From: Stegostoma tigrinum
Lineage: Eukaryota
Direction: 5' to 3'
DNA: 64,000 nucleotides
Assembly: GCF_030684315.1 (NCBI RefSeq)
Contig: NC_081363.1
Span: 50,906,312 to 50,970,311 of the forward strand
A program made the translations under genes and the position numbers. Below, in pieces: positions 12,731-25,225 of this stretch. A model generated the notes under the pieces. That model did no database searches. It had not been told where the DNA came from and saw only the letters and a list, made by a program, of their open reading frames with translations. Every line of letters begins with the position of its first letter. Positions within the stretch are counted from its first letter, which is position 1.

Positions 12731-14499
12731 ACAGTTGGATGTTGGTATGTACATCCTTAATTTTGTCATCTCTAGGTTTTGCTAATCTACCTCTTTCCTG
12801 GTTAATTTCTCATTCTCCACTCAGCAAGCTTCAAAAGAATCCTACGAATGCACACATTTCATGTTTGTCTTTAAAAGGTATTTCAAAGCTTGGACTAATA
12901 CTCACCATCTATGTTACTGTTTTGAGTCAATACTTGGAACACAATATAACACTTTTGAACTATGTCTGCTTGAGATAATGCTACTAGGCACACAAATTGT
13001 GCGAAAGAGAGATTTAAAAAGGCACTGCCAAAATAAAAGGTCTGGAAAAAGCTGAAAGATAAACTTTCCTATTTTATATTACTGTTCAATTTCACTTTTT
13101 TTCCCTCTCCTGCTATATGGAAGCTGTTTGTCATGGTGTATTTATCATGTATATCTTAGCAACACATAAGTTACGGCTTTGGAACAATGAAAAGAATTTC
13201 ACACATCTGAGAACAATTTTGCAAAAGATTAAAGGGTACTTTTCTGATTTCGTGCTCTTAGATTGGAACCTTATCCACAAGCACTGCATATAAGAAATTT
13301 GAGGAACTGTGGTGCACAATTTTCCAGCCAGTAATTTCAAAGAACATAATGACATGCGTAATGTATCCCCAAACTTACAGTGTGTGTTCCCAATGGGTGA
13401 AGACACCTGCTGGAACTGCATAGTCAGAAATTTATTCTTGTAATACTGACACAAAATTGGATTGTGATGGTAAATTGCAAATGAAAATAGCTGAAGGTAA
13501 TTGCTAGAAAAGAAACCAAAGTCTTCTGGATTAAGTTCAAATGGAATGGAACCCATTCAGTAATCTCCAATGTTTTAAAGCAACAGCGTGTTCTGGCACT
13601 GATCCTTTTCAGGCATGATGCCTCAAGAGGCAAAGGCAGGTGTGAAATAGGGTTTATACATCTGCTTCTGAACATATGGCCATCTCTTCAACCCACAACC
13701 ACCACTGGCATGTACCAAAAGCCACAGTGCACCTAGTCGTGGAGCTTTTGTCTGCTGATGATTATACCCTTCTGGTGTATACAGAGGAGACAATGCAGCT
13801 TGTTGTAAGTGTTCTCCAAATATTGCTGGTTTTACTATCAGCCTAAAGGAAATAAAAATGAGGAACCAACTAAGACCCTGAGGAAATTACATGCCACTAT
13901 AGCTTACCATTGGCATCAGTAACCTCAATGGAGAGAGCAGATCACCTATACAGGTGGGTATTATATCAAGTGATGCGACTGTCAACTAGGACATAGTCTA
14001 CCAACTGATCAAAGCCAATAGTTCCTCTACCACCTTACAAAGCATATGTGGAAAATCCATTCTTGACCTGAGAAGAATTTGTTACCATAATTTTCCATTT
14101 TTTCAAACAGACAGCATATTACACAAATTGTGCCCTGGTGGTATTCTAGCTGTGGCCTTCCAAGCCAGAGGAATTTGGCTCACATCAAACCACCATGCAT
14201 TTGTCCTCTGAATTTCCTGGCAAACAAGTGCTTTGTAGCATTCCCATCAACTCTCCCCACCATCAGAAATCCAACTTAAGTTGCAGCTACCTTCAAGAAG
14301 GGAGGTAGCTCATGCTCATACAAATGCATAAACCATGCTCAAACCATATCAAGGTATTTTTCTTTGTATCCATAGCAGGGAAATCCCTAACACTCATTCT
14401 CTTGAATTGCCTGCTTTCTAGGTCTGAGGAGATGCTCCCAGAGGTACAGTGTAATTTTTGACTGTCAGGAGGAACTCTAAAATCATCTTTGTTGCCAGA

Positions 14500-15640
14500 G
14501 TAATCTAAGAAAAACATCAAGAACCATACAAGCAACTCTTTCTAACATGCTCAAAGTATTTGACACAATAAATTACAAGTCACTATGGATTGTGCCCAAA
14601 GATTTGGATGTTCAAAATATTTCATCAGAATCCTGAAACTTTTTTAATAAAAATGAGATTGCGACATTCTAAAGCTGGAGATCTGAACCAGTATCCTTCA
14701 AATTTCAGACAAGGATCAAACAAGGCATTGTGACAGACCCCATACAATTTACAATCTACCTGCAAGTGGCTATTCACTACATCAAAGGTCAATTGCGTTG
14801 CGGTGTTGATATTAATATTGTCAAGATGGAAAATGCTAGCCTCAAAGCGCCAAAATTAAACTGACCAACATAGACATGTATGATTTACAGTATTCCAATG
14901 TTTGACGTGCTGTCGCCTAGACTGCATTAGATTTGCAAACTATTCTCACATTCTTTGGTTCTGCATGGAAGAAACTCAGCCTGTCTTTGAATACTGTATA
15001 TCAATGTACACCTAGACAACTACGTAATCCACCTTCCACATATATTAAAGGAGAGACTCTGGAATACATTGAGCATTTCCCGTACCTGGACAGCTACTCT
15101 CTCAAAAGGCCACCATTGATGTGGAGATCCAACACTGGATCAACTGCACCAGCAATGCCTTCTATAAACTCCAACAGTAAGTGTTTGACAATACAGACTG
15201 CTGCAAGTCAACCAAGGTCCTAGTATACAGTACAGTTGTTGTATCCACAACCCTGTACTTCGGTGAAACCTGGACTGTGTATTGGCGTCAAATAAGAGGA
15301 CAAGATAAATTCTGTCATAGATGCCTTTGCTGCACCATTTGGTTTTAAGGACCACTGAACAAACTCTAGCATGGTTTTTGAAGCCAGTCCCAGAAGCTTC
15401 CAGGGAAAAGGAAAACACCTCCAAAATGAACTTCACTGGGCTAGACAATATGTCAGGATAGCTGAAAATCTTCTCCCCTACTAGATCCTCTTTATCAACA
15501 TCTTATAGGCTAATATTCCAGGGGAGGCAAAAGAAAATATTACAAAGACATTTTCATGCTGTCCTTGAAGTACAACATCAAAAACGTTAATGCCTGGGAG
15601 GAACTTGCTACTAATCATTCAGAATTTGACATGGATGCAA
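14500..15640 (+). mobile_element. Decayed RTE-clade LINE (RT and C-terminus)
   Basis: Degenerate IKQGIVTDPIQFTIY, ETLEYIEHFPYL, VRIAENLLP and SRGGKRKYYKD, matching RTE motifs GVKQGCVLAP, F.YLGS, VRMP..RLP and RGGQRKRYKD. Confidence 0.75.
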
Positions 15641-15939
15641 GGGGGAAAGAAAGGGCTTGGTCAAGACTCAATGTCGCTCTTATCACTCTCATGTTGTTAA
15701 TACTGATTCCTAATTTCATTGAGGTACAGATCAGGAGGTGGCCAACTGAAGCGGAAATATAAAGATACTCACATTTTCTCAGCTAAAGTATAGCAAAGGG
15801 GTGGGAGAGATTTTGATGCTTTTGCAAACAGCCAGTTGGGTCTGTCTGGTTCATGCATATTGTGGACTACCCCATACAATTCATTTCAGCTCATCACTCC
15901 GCAAACTACTTTAGACAAGCCCACTGCTTTCAGAAACTT

Positions 15940-17170
15940 CATTGGCCTTGGTGAGACCACATCTAGAATTTTGGTCTCCATACTTGAGGAGGGATATACT
16001 TGCATCAGAAACAGTACTACAAAGGCTGTATTGATCCTGAAATAAAAGGGTAGTTATGTCATGAGAGAATGAGTAAATTGGGTCTATGCATGTTTAAAAG
16101 AATGAAGGGTGATCCCATTGAACCAGTCAAGATTACAATTGGATTTGAAAGGTTAGATAATGAGATATAGTGTTGTGCTGTTTCTGGTGGTAAACTTGGA
16201 GTTGGGAAAAGCATTTATTTTGGCAAGATGATGGCACGCCTGAGCCTTTATGCCTTCCTGCCTCCACGGGAATTAGGTTCGAGTGGGAAAGTGCATTGTC
16301 GACGTTCCTGCTTTAGTGTTAATTGAATCCTTTAAATGACCATCTAATTCCCACTTTGGGGGCCTTGTCCAAATGTTGCTGGTATTAAGATGACTGTAGT
16401 TAGGGCTGATAACATGCTGTGTGCACTGCATCATGCATGCAGCAAGCTTGTCTCCTCAGAGGAATCCAGTGCCTGATCAAGAGACAAGCTCTAACCCTTG
16501 TTAGTGTCACCTCTGCACACCACTCGCTGAAACCCCCTATACACCCTGTCCCTCCACATTTGTTTCTGTGGCTTGGGTTGCTCCATAATCCTGGCACTCT
16601 GTATGTGTCCTACCTGCAGCAGTAGAAGCCTTCACTGTGGTGTTGTGAACACAAGAACCGCTGAGCTGTTATTGTTTGGCAGATCTCAATAGGCGAAACT
16701 TCTGTCTCTAGGACTTTACTTCCAGGGGAAGACCCTCTATTGACTGGTTGTTGTTAAGTCGGTGACCTTTCTAACAAGAAACAATGCAGGTCTTTCATTG
16801 CTGCCCATTCTGGCAGATGAGATTCCCAATACTTCAATAAGATTCCACCCATTGATTGTATCATGCGCTGATTTAGGATAACAGGGGACAATTTCAAGAC
16901 ATGGGACTGATCATTTAGGACTGAGACGAAGAGAAATTTAATCACTCAAAAATATTTGGAATTCTTTATTTGCAAGAGTTGTGGATGCCCAATCGTTTAA
17001 TATATTTAATATTGGGATAGACAGGGTTTTGGTGTCTCGGAGAATTAAGCGATATGGGGAGCATGCAAGAAAGTGGAATTGAGGGTCAAGATCAGCAATG
17101 ATTGTACTGAATGTGGCAGCAGATTGGGTCTTGTGGTTTACTCCTGTTACTTTGTCTTATGTTCTATAAC
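15940..17170 (+). mobile_element. CR1 LINE 3' end split by a ~0.7 kb insert (~16170-16850)
   Basis: VRPHLE-like sequence at ~15950 and FRTETKRNL...WNSL plus tail at 16880-17170; insert ends in AAGATTCCACCC, a terminus of the GGGTGGAATCT class. Confidence 0.6.
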
Positions 17171-17430
17171 CACCTACCCCTTTGATAAGGGCCAGACAGT
17201 CAGATCCTGCGCTCACAGACTGCAGTCAACTAGCACCCAGCTAGCTCCTTAACTGTCTGTCTTCCAATTGGCCAGCAGCTCTTGGAGATGGTCTCCTGCC
17301 TTTTAAAGGGGTAGGAGAGGTGATCATAATTATTTCATTGCTTGATGCAGAAGTTGGTCCGAGAAATGGTACAGGCAGTCTTCCCCTGTTTATAGGCCTG
17401 ACTTTGGGGGCCCTCTGACTAATTCAGCCC
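17170..17430. mobile_element. Non-autonomous DNA transposon/MITE fragment
   Basis: Ends in AATTCAGCCC (GGGCTGAATT on minus), a terminus class recurring near 29320, 32157, 45818 and 46547. Confidence 0.4.
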
Positions 17431-17715
17431 CTGATAGGTAATCATAAGGTGAGCACTGTTCAGGTGTCTGCTTTCTGTCCAGGCAACTGCAGTCATCTTA
17501 ATTTGCACCAATTCTGTAACCTTCCCACTCTGGCTGTTATTATTAATCTGTGAGAGAAAATAATGGGGATATGTTGCATAATTGAAGCCGCTATTCATGT
17601 AGTCTTCCAACTTGCTCAAGGTGGAGAAGATGGAGAAGTCCAGAGATTGCTAGAACAATATAAACTTCCCTGACTGATCCAAATATGGGGGCATCTGGTA
17701 CTATTCAAAGACTTA

Positions 17716-19495
17716 GCAAATATTTGAAAGAGTTTAGCATCATGTACTGACTCTCAAGAAGGGAAGCAGCAAACATGTGTAAGAGGCAAGAATAGCAGGT
17801 ATTGAACATATGAGTGGAAGCAGAAGGAGATTAATAAAGATAACAAGACATTCGTGACTTGTGATATCAGGGGGTAGGATTTATAGCTAAATATATGGAG
17901 CATTTACAGCAAAATCAATGACTTGTTAGTACCACTAGAAACAAATTGAAAAGCAAATTTCTGATGGTGCTGGTAATTTGATTTAACATACAGTGCTAGA
18001 AATATTTGGCAGGTCTGGCAAATATGGGAAGTGATGTACAAAATCGGCATTTTAAGTGAAAGGCCTTTTGTTTGAACTGCATGGAAGGCAACTATTGAGA
18101 TGACTGTGTGTTCCACAGATTATTGCAGAGTATGGGTACACTGCACTGAATGTGGTTTTATGGCATAAACTCCAGACCAAACAACCTGTACCTTTAAGAA
18201 ATTACAGTTAAGACAGCATTGTGAAATGTGATGTTTTGATATAGGTATCCATCTCACCTTTAGTCACTCTCTTAGCTCGATAAGAGTCAGGTAGTCAATC
18301 ATGTGTACGTAACATATTGTCATATCAGGAGTCACAGAACACAATCTATGTGTGTAGATCAAGTTAATGTTGTAATAATCTTCAAGACATTTCTCTCAGC
18401 AAGAACCTGACTCTCTGTGGTACATGTCATGTGGATTAATATGCAGAAAACCACATACGACATCATTGGAAGCAGACACAAGTTGAAAATGGAATCCTCC
18501 ACACCAACTGACATTGAGTCTCCCTGGTAACCAGTTCAATACATTAAGGATTACTGATGCACCAAAACATTTTTTCTTTCAAAGGTTAAACTCCTAATGT
18601 TTGCATAATTCTCCTCTTCAGTCGAGTGGTGACACGTGACCCAGCCTGTGCTGATCCCTTGAGTTCACTATCTTTTGCAATGCAACCACTGGTTTCTGTA
18701 CTTGTTGAAAGAGTAAACACTAAAACGCCTTCAAAAGTAGTTCCCTCTCCCAGTGTCAGTGCAGGGTCTGAGTTATCTGAAGGAGCTGGAGAAGTGCCGA
18801 GGAACAATTGTTAGCACACAACAAGAGTGAGATGTAGCAAATAAGCGGAAACATTTTACAGTGCCAGGTTTTCATGCTGTGTGTGTGAATGCGTATGCAC
18901 GTGAGTTAATAAGAACAGGAAGGGAAAATGTTGATAAGTCCTGCTGTGCATGGCCTCCAGCCTCATCATCTTCATTCTATATGTTCTCTCTCTCTCTTTG
19001 TCGATCATGTTGATAGTTGAGTTCTGTTTTGCTGTCAGAGTTTATAATGTAATCGTTACTTCTCTAGTTCATGGATTCGCTTGAAACTGTGGATTGACTT
19101 CTCCTGGTAGAAAAAAATTGAGACAGTTATTGCATACCCTGTTGAAAGATGATGCAAACATTTGAAACAGTTAAACATTGTGTGCTGGCTCACAGGAAGA
19201 AGCGGCAATAGTATGTAAGAGAGTGGAATAGCAGGCATTGAACATATGAATGCAAGCAGAAGAAGCTTAATAAAGATTACAGACCCTAGTGTCTAAGACG
19301 ATGTCAGGGGAGGAGAATTGAAGCTAAATGTGAGAAGCATTTGCAGCAAAATCTATGAATTGGAAACAACATTAGAAACAACTAGAAAATATAGTTAATG
19401 TGGACACTGAAAATTTTAAATCAAAAATAAAATTCTGCTAATATTTGGCAAGTCTCACAATATTTATGAAACAATGTACAAAATTACTTTTTATT
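17716..19495 (+). repeat. Diverged direct repeat (~340 bp; 17716-18055 and 19154-19495)
   Basis: Colinear shared blocks such as GAATAGCAGG.ATTGAACATATGA.TG.AAGCAGAAG.AG.TTAATAAAGAT and AGCATTT.CAGCAAAATC.ATGA; roughly 70% identical by eye. Confidence 0.8.
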
Positions 19496-19789
19496 AAAAT
19501 CGGAACAAGTTAGCTTCGCAATTGGTTTTAAGAACATGAAATGGGAGGGCAGAGAAAGGGGTAACTCTTCCTCAGAACTGATAGTAGCTGATGGTAGCAA
19601 AAACGTGAACCATAAAGATTACAATATGATGGTTGATGGCGGGAGAAACTAAACATCAAAAGAAAAGATCAAGGCCAAAGGGACTGGCAATAGGTCAAGT
19701 GAACAAGAGGCACGAGTGCCAGAATCATGAGCAGCTGACAACCAAAAGCAAAAACAAGAGATAAAAATGTGCAAAGCAAAAACGTGATC

Positions 19790-20330
19790 AAAAACAGAAG
19801 TTGCTGGAAAAGGTTAGCCAGTCGGGCAGCATCTATGAGGAAAAAACAAAGTTAATGTTTCGGGTCTGGTGACACTTTCTCAGAACTGATAGTAGCTGAT
19901 GGTAGCAAAAACGTGAACCATAGAGGTTACAATTTTGAGTTGTTGAACTTGGTGTTGAATACGGAAGGGTAAAGTTCCTAATTGAAAAATGAAGTGGTAC
20001 TCCTCCAGCTTAGTTTAATGGGATACTGCAGCAAGATGAGGACAGAGAGCTCAGAATGGGCGAAAGGCAGCGAATTAATGGGATAAGTGTGCTTTGCTTG
20101 TGTTTGATTCCAGAGGAGATTGCATCATGTGCAGTTAGTTCGAATATATTTCCGTTTCACTGAGGATGAATTTTTGGAGCCTTGGATGGTGAGAAAACAG
20201 AATGTACATGGGCAGAAGTTGCTCATTCTGCATTTGTATAGAAAGGTGTTATGGGAAGGGGAGGGCTTATTTGTGTTGCTGGCAGTTGCGTAAATCAAAT
20301 AGGATGATCTGTTGAATGGAGAAGTTGGAA
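19790..20330 (-). mobile_element. PLE terminus plus GIY-YIG-end fragment
   Basis: Hammerhead-like core at 19854-19883 (CUGAGAA...GAAAC) and minus-strand KLEEYHFIFQLGTL near 19970-20010. Confidence 0.6.
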
Positions 20331-21521
20331 CACTTCAATTCTGAAGTAGAGTCACTAGACTCAAAACATTAACTCTGTTTAACATTAGAGACAGTGGGAA
20401 TTGCCAATGCTGGAGAATCTGAGATAACAAGGTGTAGAGCTGGATGAACACAGCAGGTCAAGCAGCATCAGAGGAGCAGGAAAGCTGATGTTTCGGATCT
20501 GGACCCTTCTTCGAGAAGCTTTTCAAGATAGTTTTTCGTTCAAGTTGTAATTTTGTATAGTCATTGTAAGTACATGCATTATGTGATCCAATGTTTGGCA
20601 ATGTCCCTTCATTTAGTAGGGAACATTGATTTTGAACCTTCAAAAGCAAAATCAGATTCTTACCAGTTCCAATTTAAATTGTGCACTGCCTTCAAGTTCT
20701 CAGTAGTAGTAGGAATGTACGGGAGATTCTCCTCATAAAGGTTCAGGCCTTGTTCCTCACCATGTACATGCTGTGCTCTAAACTCCCTATGGTCACTCAG
20801 ATAAATTACATTTGTATTAGGAATTCCCTGGAGAAGGTGGGATCTTTCATGAAAGCTACCAATGATATCTGGGCATCACTCACCACTTCTGATGGTTTAC
20901 TCGTGACTCCACTGACTGCTCCTCTCCCTACTCTGTTCCCTCTGCTCATTCTCTGATGACAACACGAGATTTTTCTTGGCATCTGACTCCTTAATTTGCA
21001 CTTTCCCTTCTATGCACCATAACCTGTAGCATGCAGCAGATAACTACTGTCGTGGCACCATGGCACCGTGGCAGGTGAATACTGCAGAGCACATTTGGAA
21101 TGGTAATGACACCAAAAACCATCTACTGAGTGACAAGCCACATCATTAAAGCCACATTTGTCCAGACCGGAAACATCAGCTTTCCTGCTCCTCTGATGCT
21201 GCTTGACCTGTTGTGTTCATCCAGCTCTACACCTTGTTATCTCAGATTCTCCAGCATTGGCAATTCCCACTGTCTCTAATGTTAAACAGGGTTAATGTTT
21301 TGAGTCCAGTGACTCTTCTTCAGAATTGAAGTGTTCCAACTTCTATATTCAACAGATCATCCCATTTGATTTACGCAACTGCCAGCAACACAAATAAGCC
21401 CTCCCCTTCCCATAACACCTTTCTAAACAAGTGCAGAATGAGCAACTTCTGCCCATGTCCATTCTGTTTTCTTACCATCCAAGGCTCCAAAAATTCATCC
21501 TCAGTGAAACAGAAATATATT
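20143..21521. repeat. Long inverted repeat: arms 20143-20503 and 21161-21521, 657-bp spacer
   Basis: Arms are reverse complements over 361 bp with only scattered mismatches. Confidence 0.95.
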
Positions 21522-21589
21522 TGCACATTGAGCGTATTAGCTTTGTTCGTTCACAGGACATGGGCAAGAATTTACAATATATTTTAGTG

Positions 21590-23270
21590 ACTTGGAGGAA
21601 GGAAGTGAATGTACTCCTGCCAAGTTTGCAGATGGCACAAAAATAGGTGGAAGGCAAGTAGTGAGGACGATACAAACAGCCTACAGAGGTATATAGACGG
21701 TTAAGTGAATGGTCAAAAACTTGGCAATTGGAACATAATGTGGGAAATTGAGGTCACACATTGGCGGGAATAATAGAGGAGCTAAATGTTATATTAATGA
21801 TGAAAGACTGTGGAACACTGCAGTACAGAAGGCTTTGCACAAATCACAAAAGGATAGCATCCAATTCAGTAGATAATAGGGATGGCAAGTGGAATGCTGA
21901 CCTTTATTTCAAAGGGAATAGAGAATGAAAACTGCGATGCCTTGCTAAAACTATTCAGGCATGAGGCAGGCTGTGGCTGGAATACTGTGAACAGTTATGT
22001 TCCCCTTATTGAAGAAAAGGAGTATGAATAGGAAATTCGGCCCCTCGAGTCTCTCTGCCACTTAATACAATCATGGCTGATATGATCTCACCCTCATCTG
22101 CATTTTCCTGCCCACTCCCATAAGCTTTTAAACCATTACTGAGTAAAGGTTTGTCCATCTCCTCCTTAAGTTTATTCCATATTCCAATTATTGGAAGCTG
22201 CCCTTATTGGAAGATATGAGATTCTTCGAGGCCTTTACAGACTAAAGGATGAGAGGTTCTTTCCTCTTGTGAGAGACTCCAGAATCAGAGGGAACAATCT
22301 CCCAGTTATGACAGATATTAGGTTTCTCCTCTCAGAGGATATTGAATCTTTTTGTTTATTCATTCACAGGATATTGGTGTCTTTGGCTAGGCCAGGCACC
22401 CAGGCATAGGTAATCCTATGGATCACATGTGGGCCAGCAGTTTCCTACCCCAAAGTGAACAATACGAATTTTTCCCCAACAAGTGCCAATGGTTTCATAG
22501 CAAGTATTCAATCTTAATTCCAGATTTTTATTGAATTAAAATTCCATCATCTGCCACCGTTGGATTTGAATGCTGGCCCCCAGAACGTTAGTAATTGAGT
22601 AATAATACCACTAGACCAACACCTCCCCAGCAGAGGACTATACAGATTGGATCATTGATCATATTCAAGGCTGAGATAGACAGATTTTAATTAGTTGGGG
22701 ATGCAAAGGTTATAGGCAGAAAAGTGCAGTTGAGTGTTATCAGATTAGCCATGATCACAGTGAATGGTGACACAGGTTGGGTGGGTTGAGTGGCCTGCTC
22801 TGTTCCTTTGTCTTATGTCTTATGATGTAAATGCTTTGGAGATAGTTCAGAGAAGGTTTATCAGCCTAATACAAGGAATGGGCAACTTTTTCTTCAGGAG
22901 AAAAATTGAACAGCCTGGGTTTGAACCCAGTTTAGAAGAGGAAGATGTGACTTGATTTAAATATGTAAAATCCTGAGTGCTCTTGACAAGCTAGGAAAGG
23001 ATATTTTCTCCTATGGAAGAATCTAGTACCATGAGTCACTGCTTAAAAGAACAGGGTTACCCATTTAAAGCAGAGATGTGGTGAAAGCAGTGATTGGATA
23101 TTGTCAGTTAGAGGTAGATTGATTTGGTTAAACCAGGGTTGAAGGGTTATCTGGGCTAGGCAGGAATTTAGATTTAACAATCATGACAGTAACAATCTTG
23201 TTGAATGGCAGAGTAGGGTCAAGATGGCTGAATTGCCTATTCCTGCACCTTGTCTACATGTTTGTATGAG
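21590..23270 (+). mobile_element. Cluster of nested, decayed CR1 3' portions
   Basis: KFADGTK-like RT motif ~21622, LEYCEQ ~21978, a reversed CR1 tail at ~22020-22190, further tails near 22820 and 23265. Confidence 0.7.
22370..22630 (-). mobile_element. tRNA-derived SINE (family of 45398-45681)
   Basis: Reverse-complement homology to 45398-45681 (TTCAAATCC...GGCAGATG.TGGA.TTT.AATTCAATAAA.ATCTGGAATTAAGA). Confidence 0.6.
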
Positions 23271-24740
23271 CTTTTTGAGTGTTGTTGGAGTTGTACTCAT
23301 CTAGGCAAGCGGAGAATGTTTCAGCAGATTTCTGACTTATACCTTATGAATGTAGACAGGCCTTAGAGAATCAGGACATCTGTTACTCACTACAAATTGT
23401 CCTGGCCTGCTTTTTAATTGTTTCGGTATGGCTGGACCAGCTCAATTCCTGGTCAATGGAAACAACCGGGATGTTGATAGTGGGATATTCAGCAATGGTC
23501 ATGCCATTGAATGTCAAGGGGTGATGCATGGATGCTTTCTTGTTGGAAATGGCAGTTGTCAGGCAATTCTGTGGCACAAATGTTTCTTGCCACTTATCAG
23601 CTCAAGTTGTTGTTTAGATCTAGGTGTTGTCTAGGTCTTCAAGGATATGGATACAGATGCTTTAGTGTCTGAGGAGTCATGAATGGTGCTGGAATTTGTG
23701 CAATCATCAACTAACATCCTTATGATAAAGCAGTTGAAGAAGGTTGTGTCTAGGACGCTACCTGAGGAACTCTTGCAGTGATCTACTGTGGCTGAGATGA
23801 TTGACTCTCAACCACTGTATCCATCTTCTTTCATGTCAGGTATTATTCCATCCAATGGAATGTTTTCCCATGATTCCCATTGATTCCCATTTTGCTCAGA
23901 TTCCTTGAGGTCAAATTCATTCAAATGCTGCCCTGATGTAAAATGCAGCACCCACACTGCCTTCTTGAGTTCAGCCCCTTTGCCCATGTTTGGACCAAGT
24001 CTATAATGAGGTCAGAGCTGAGTGGCCCAGGCAGAGCTCAAACTGAGCATCACTGAGCAGGTTACTATTGAGTAAGTGCTAGTTGGTAGCCCTGTTGACA
24101 ACACCTTCTAGCAGTTTATTAGTGATTGCAAGCAGACTGATGGGGCATGGTTGGCAAGGCTGAATTTATTTGGCAACAGGACTGGGCAAATTTCTGTATT
24201 GCCATGTAGATTTCAGCATTGTAGCTGTACTGGAACAGCTTGGCTCCAGGGGAGCGCCCAGTTGTGGACCACACATCTTCATTACCATCGCCAAATGTTA
24301 ACAGGGCTAATTGCTTTTACAGTATCCAATGGCTCCATTTGCTTTTTGATATCACATGGAGTGAATGGAACTGGCTAAAAGATAAGCATCAAGAGGCAGC
24401 TGCAACTCATCATCCACTTGGCACTCTGGCTGAAGGTGCTTGCAAATTCTTCGTCTTTGTCTTTTGCACCGATGCACTGGTCTCTCCGTTCATTTGAAGT
24501 GCAAATAATTGTTGAGCCTCCATTGCCAGTGAGCTGTCTAGCCATGATTTACAATTGGATGTTGCAAGGCTGCAGAGCTGATATCTATCAATTGATTATT
24601 GGACTTACTAGCTCTGTAGCATTTGGTTTACGTTGTGTGGCATGCAAGTAGTTTTGAGTTGTAGCTTCACAAGTTGACATGTATGTTTGGTGCTGTTCAT
24701 TGCAGGCACTCCTGGAATCTTCACTGACAGGTCTTGATCC
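23270..24740 (-). mobile_element. CR1-group LINE (second family), decayed ORF2
   Basis: Homologous to 39030-40245, 50640-51787 and 61680-62830. Confidence 0.7.
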
Positions 24741-24749
24741 CTGGCTTAA

Positions 24750-24882
24750 TAAAAACCGAAAGGACTGCGGATGCTGTACATCAGGAACAAAAATAGAAGT
24801 TGCTGGAAAAGCTCAGCAGGTTTGGCAGCAGCTGTGAAGAAAAATCAGAGTTAATGTTTTGGGTCTGGTGATCCTTCCTTGG
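24750..24882 (-). mobile_element. PLE terminal fragment with degenerate hammerhead
   Basis: Highly similar to 33938-34060. Confidence 0.65.
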
Positions 24883-24894
24883 AGCAGTTTGATG

Positions 24895-25225
24895 CAATTG
24901 AGTGGCTTGCTAGTCATTTCAGACGGCAGTTAAGAGTCAACCACATTGCTGTGAGTCACACACAGGCCAGATCAGCGGATGGTTTCCTTCCCTCAAGAAC
25001 ATAAGTGAACCAGATAGATTTGTATGACTCTTGATTCATGTTCACTATTCATTTAGTTCCTAGATTAAATAAATTTAAAATTAATTTAAGAAATAAGGTT
25101 GTTAAGAAATTCCAGGTTTATTAAATGAATCCAAATTCACCAAGGTGAGATATGAACTACATTCCCAAAGCACTGGCCTAGTTGTCTGGATTACTAGTCC
25201 ATGGACAAACCCATTACATTATACC
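24895..25225 (-). mobile_element. tRNA-derived SINE (family of 45398-45681)
   Basis: GGCAGTTAAGAGTCAACCACATTG and GTGAACCAGAT blocks shared in reverse orientation. Confidence 0.55.

Noticed and set aside
13131-13556. 141-aa minus-strand ORF
   Set aside because: No recognisable motif or convincing splice context; composition fits non-coding DNA
17419-17650. Minus-strand ORF SKLEDYMNSGFNY... with a possible TTCTAG acceptor
   Set aside because: Weak pyrimidine tract, unrecognised peptide, and its stop lies in a MITE terminus
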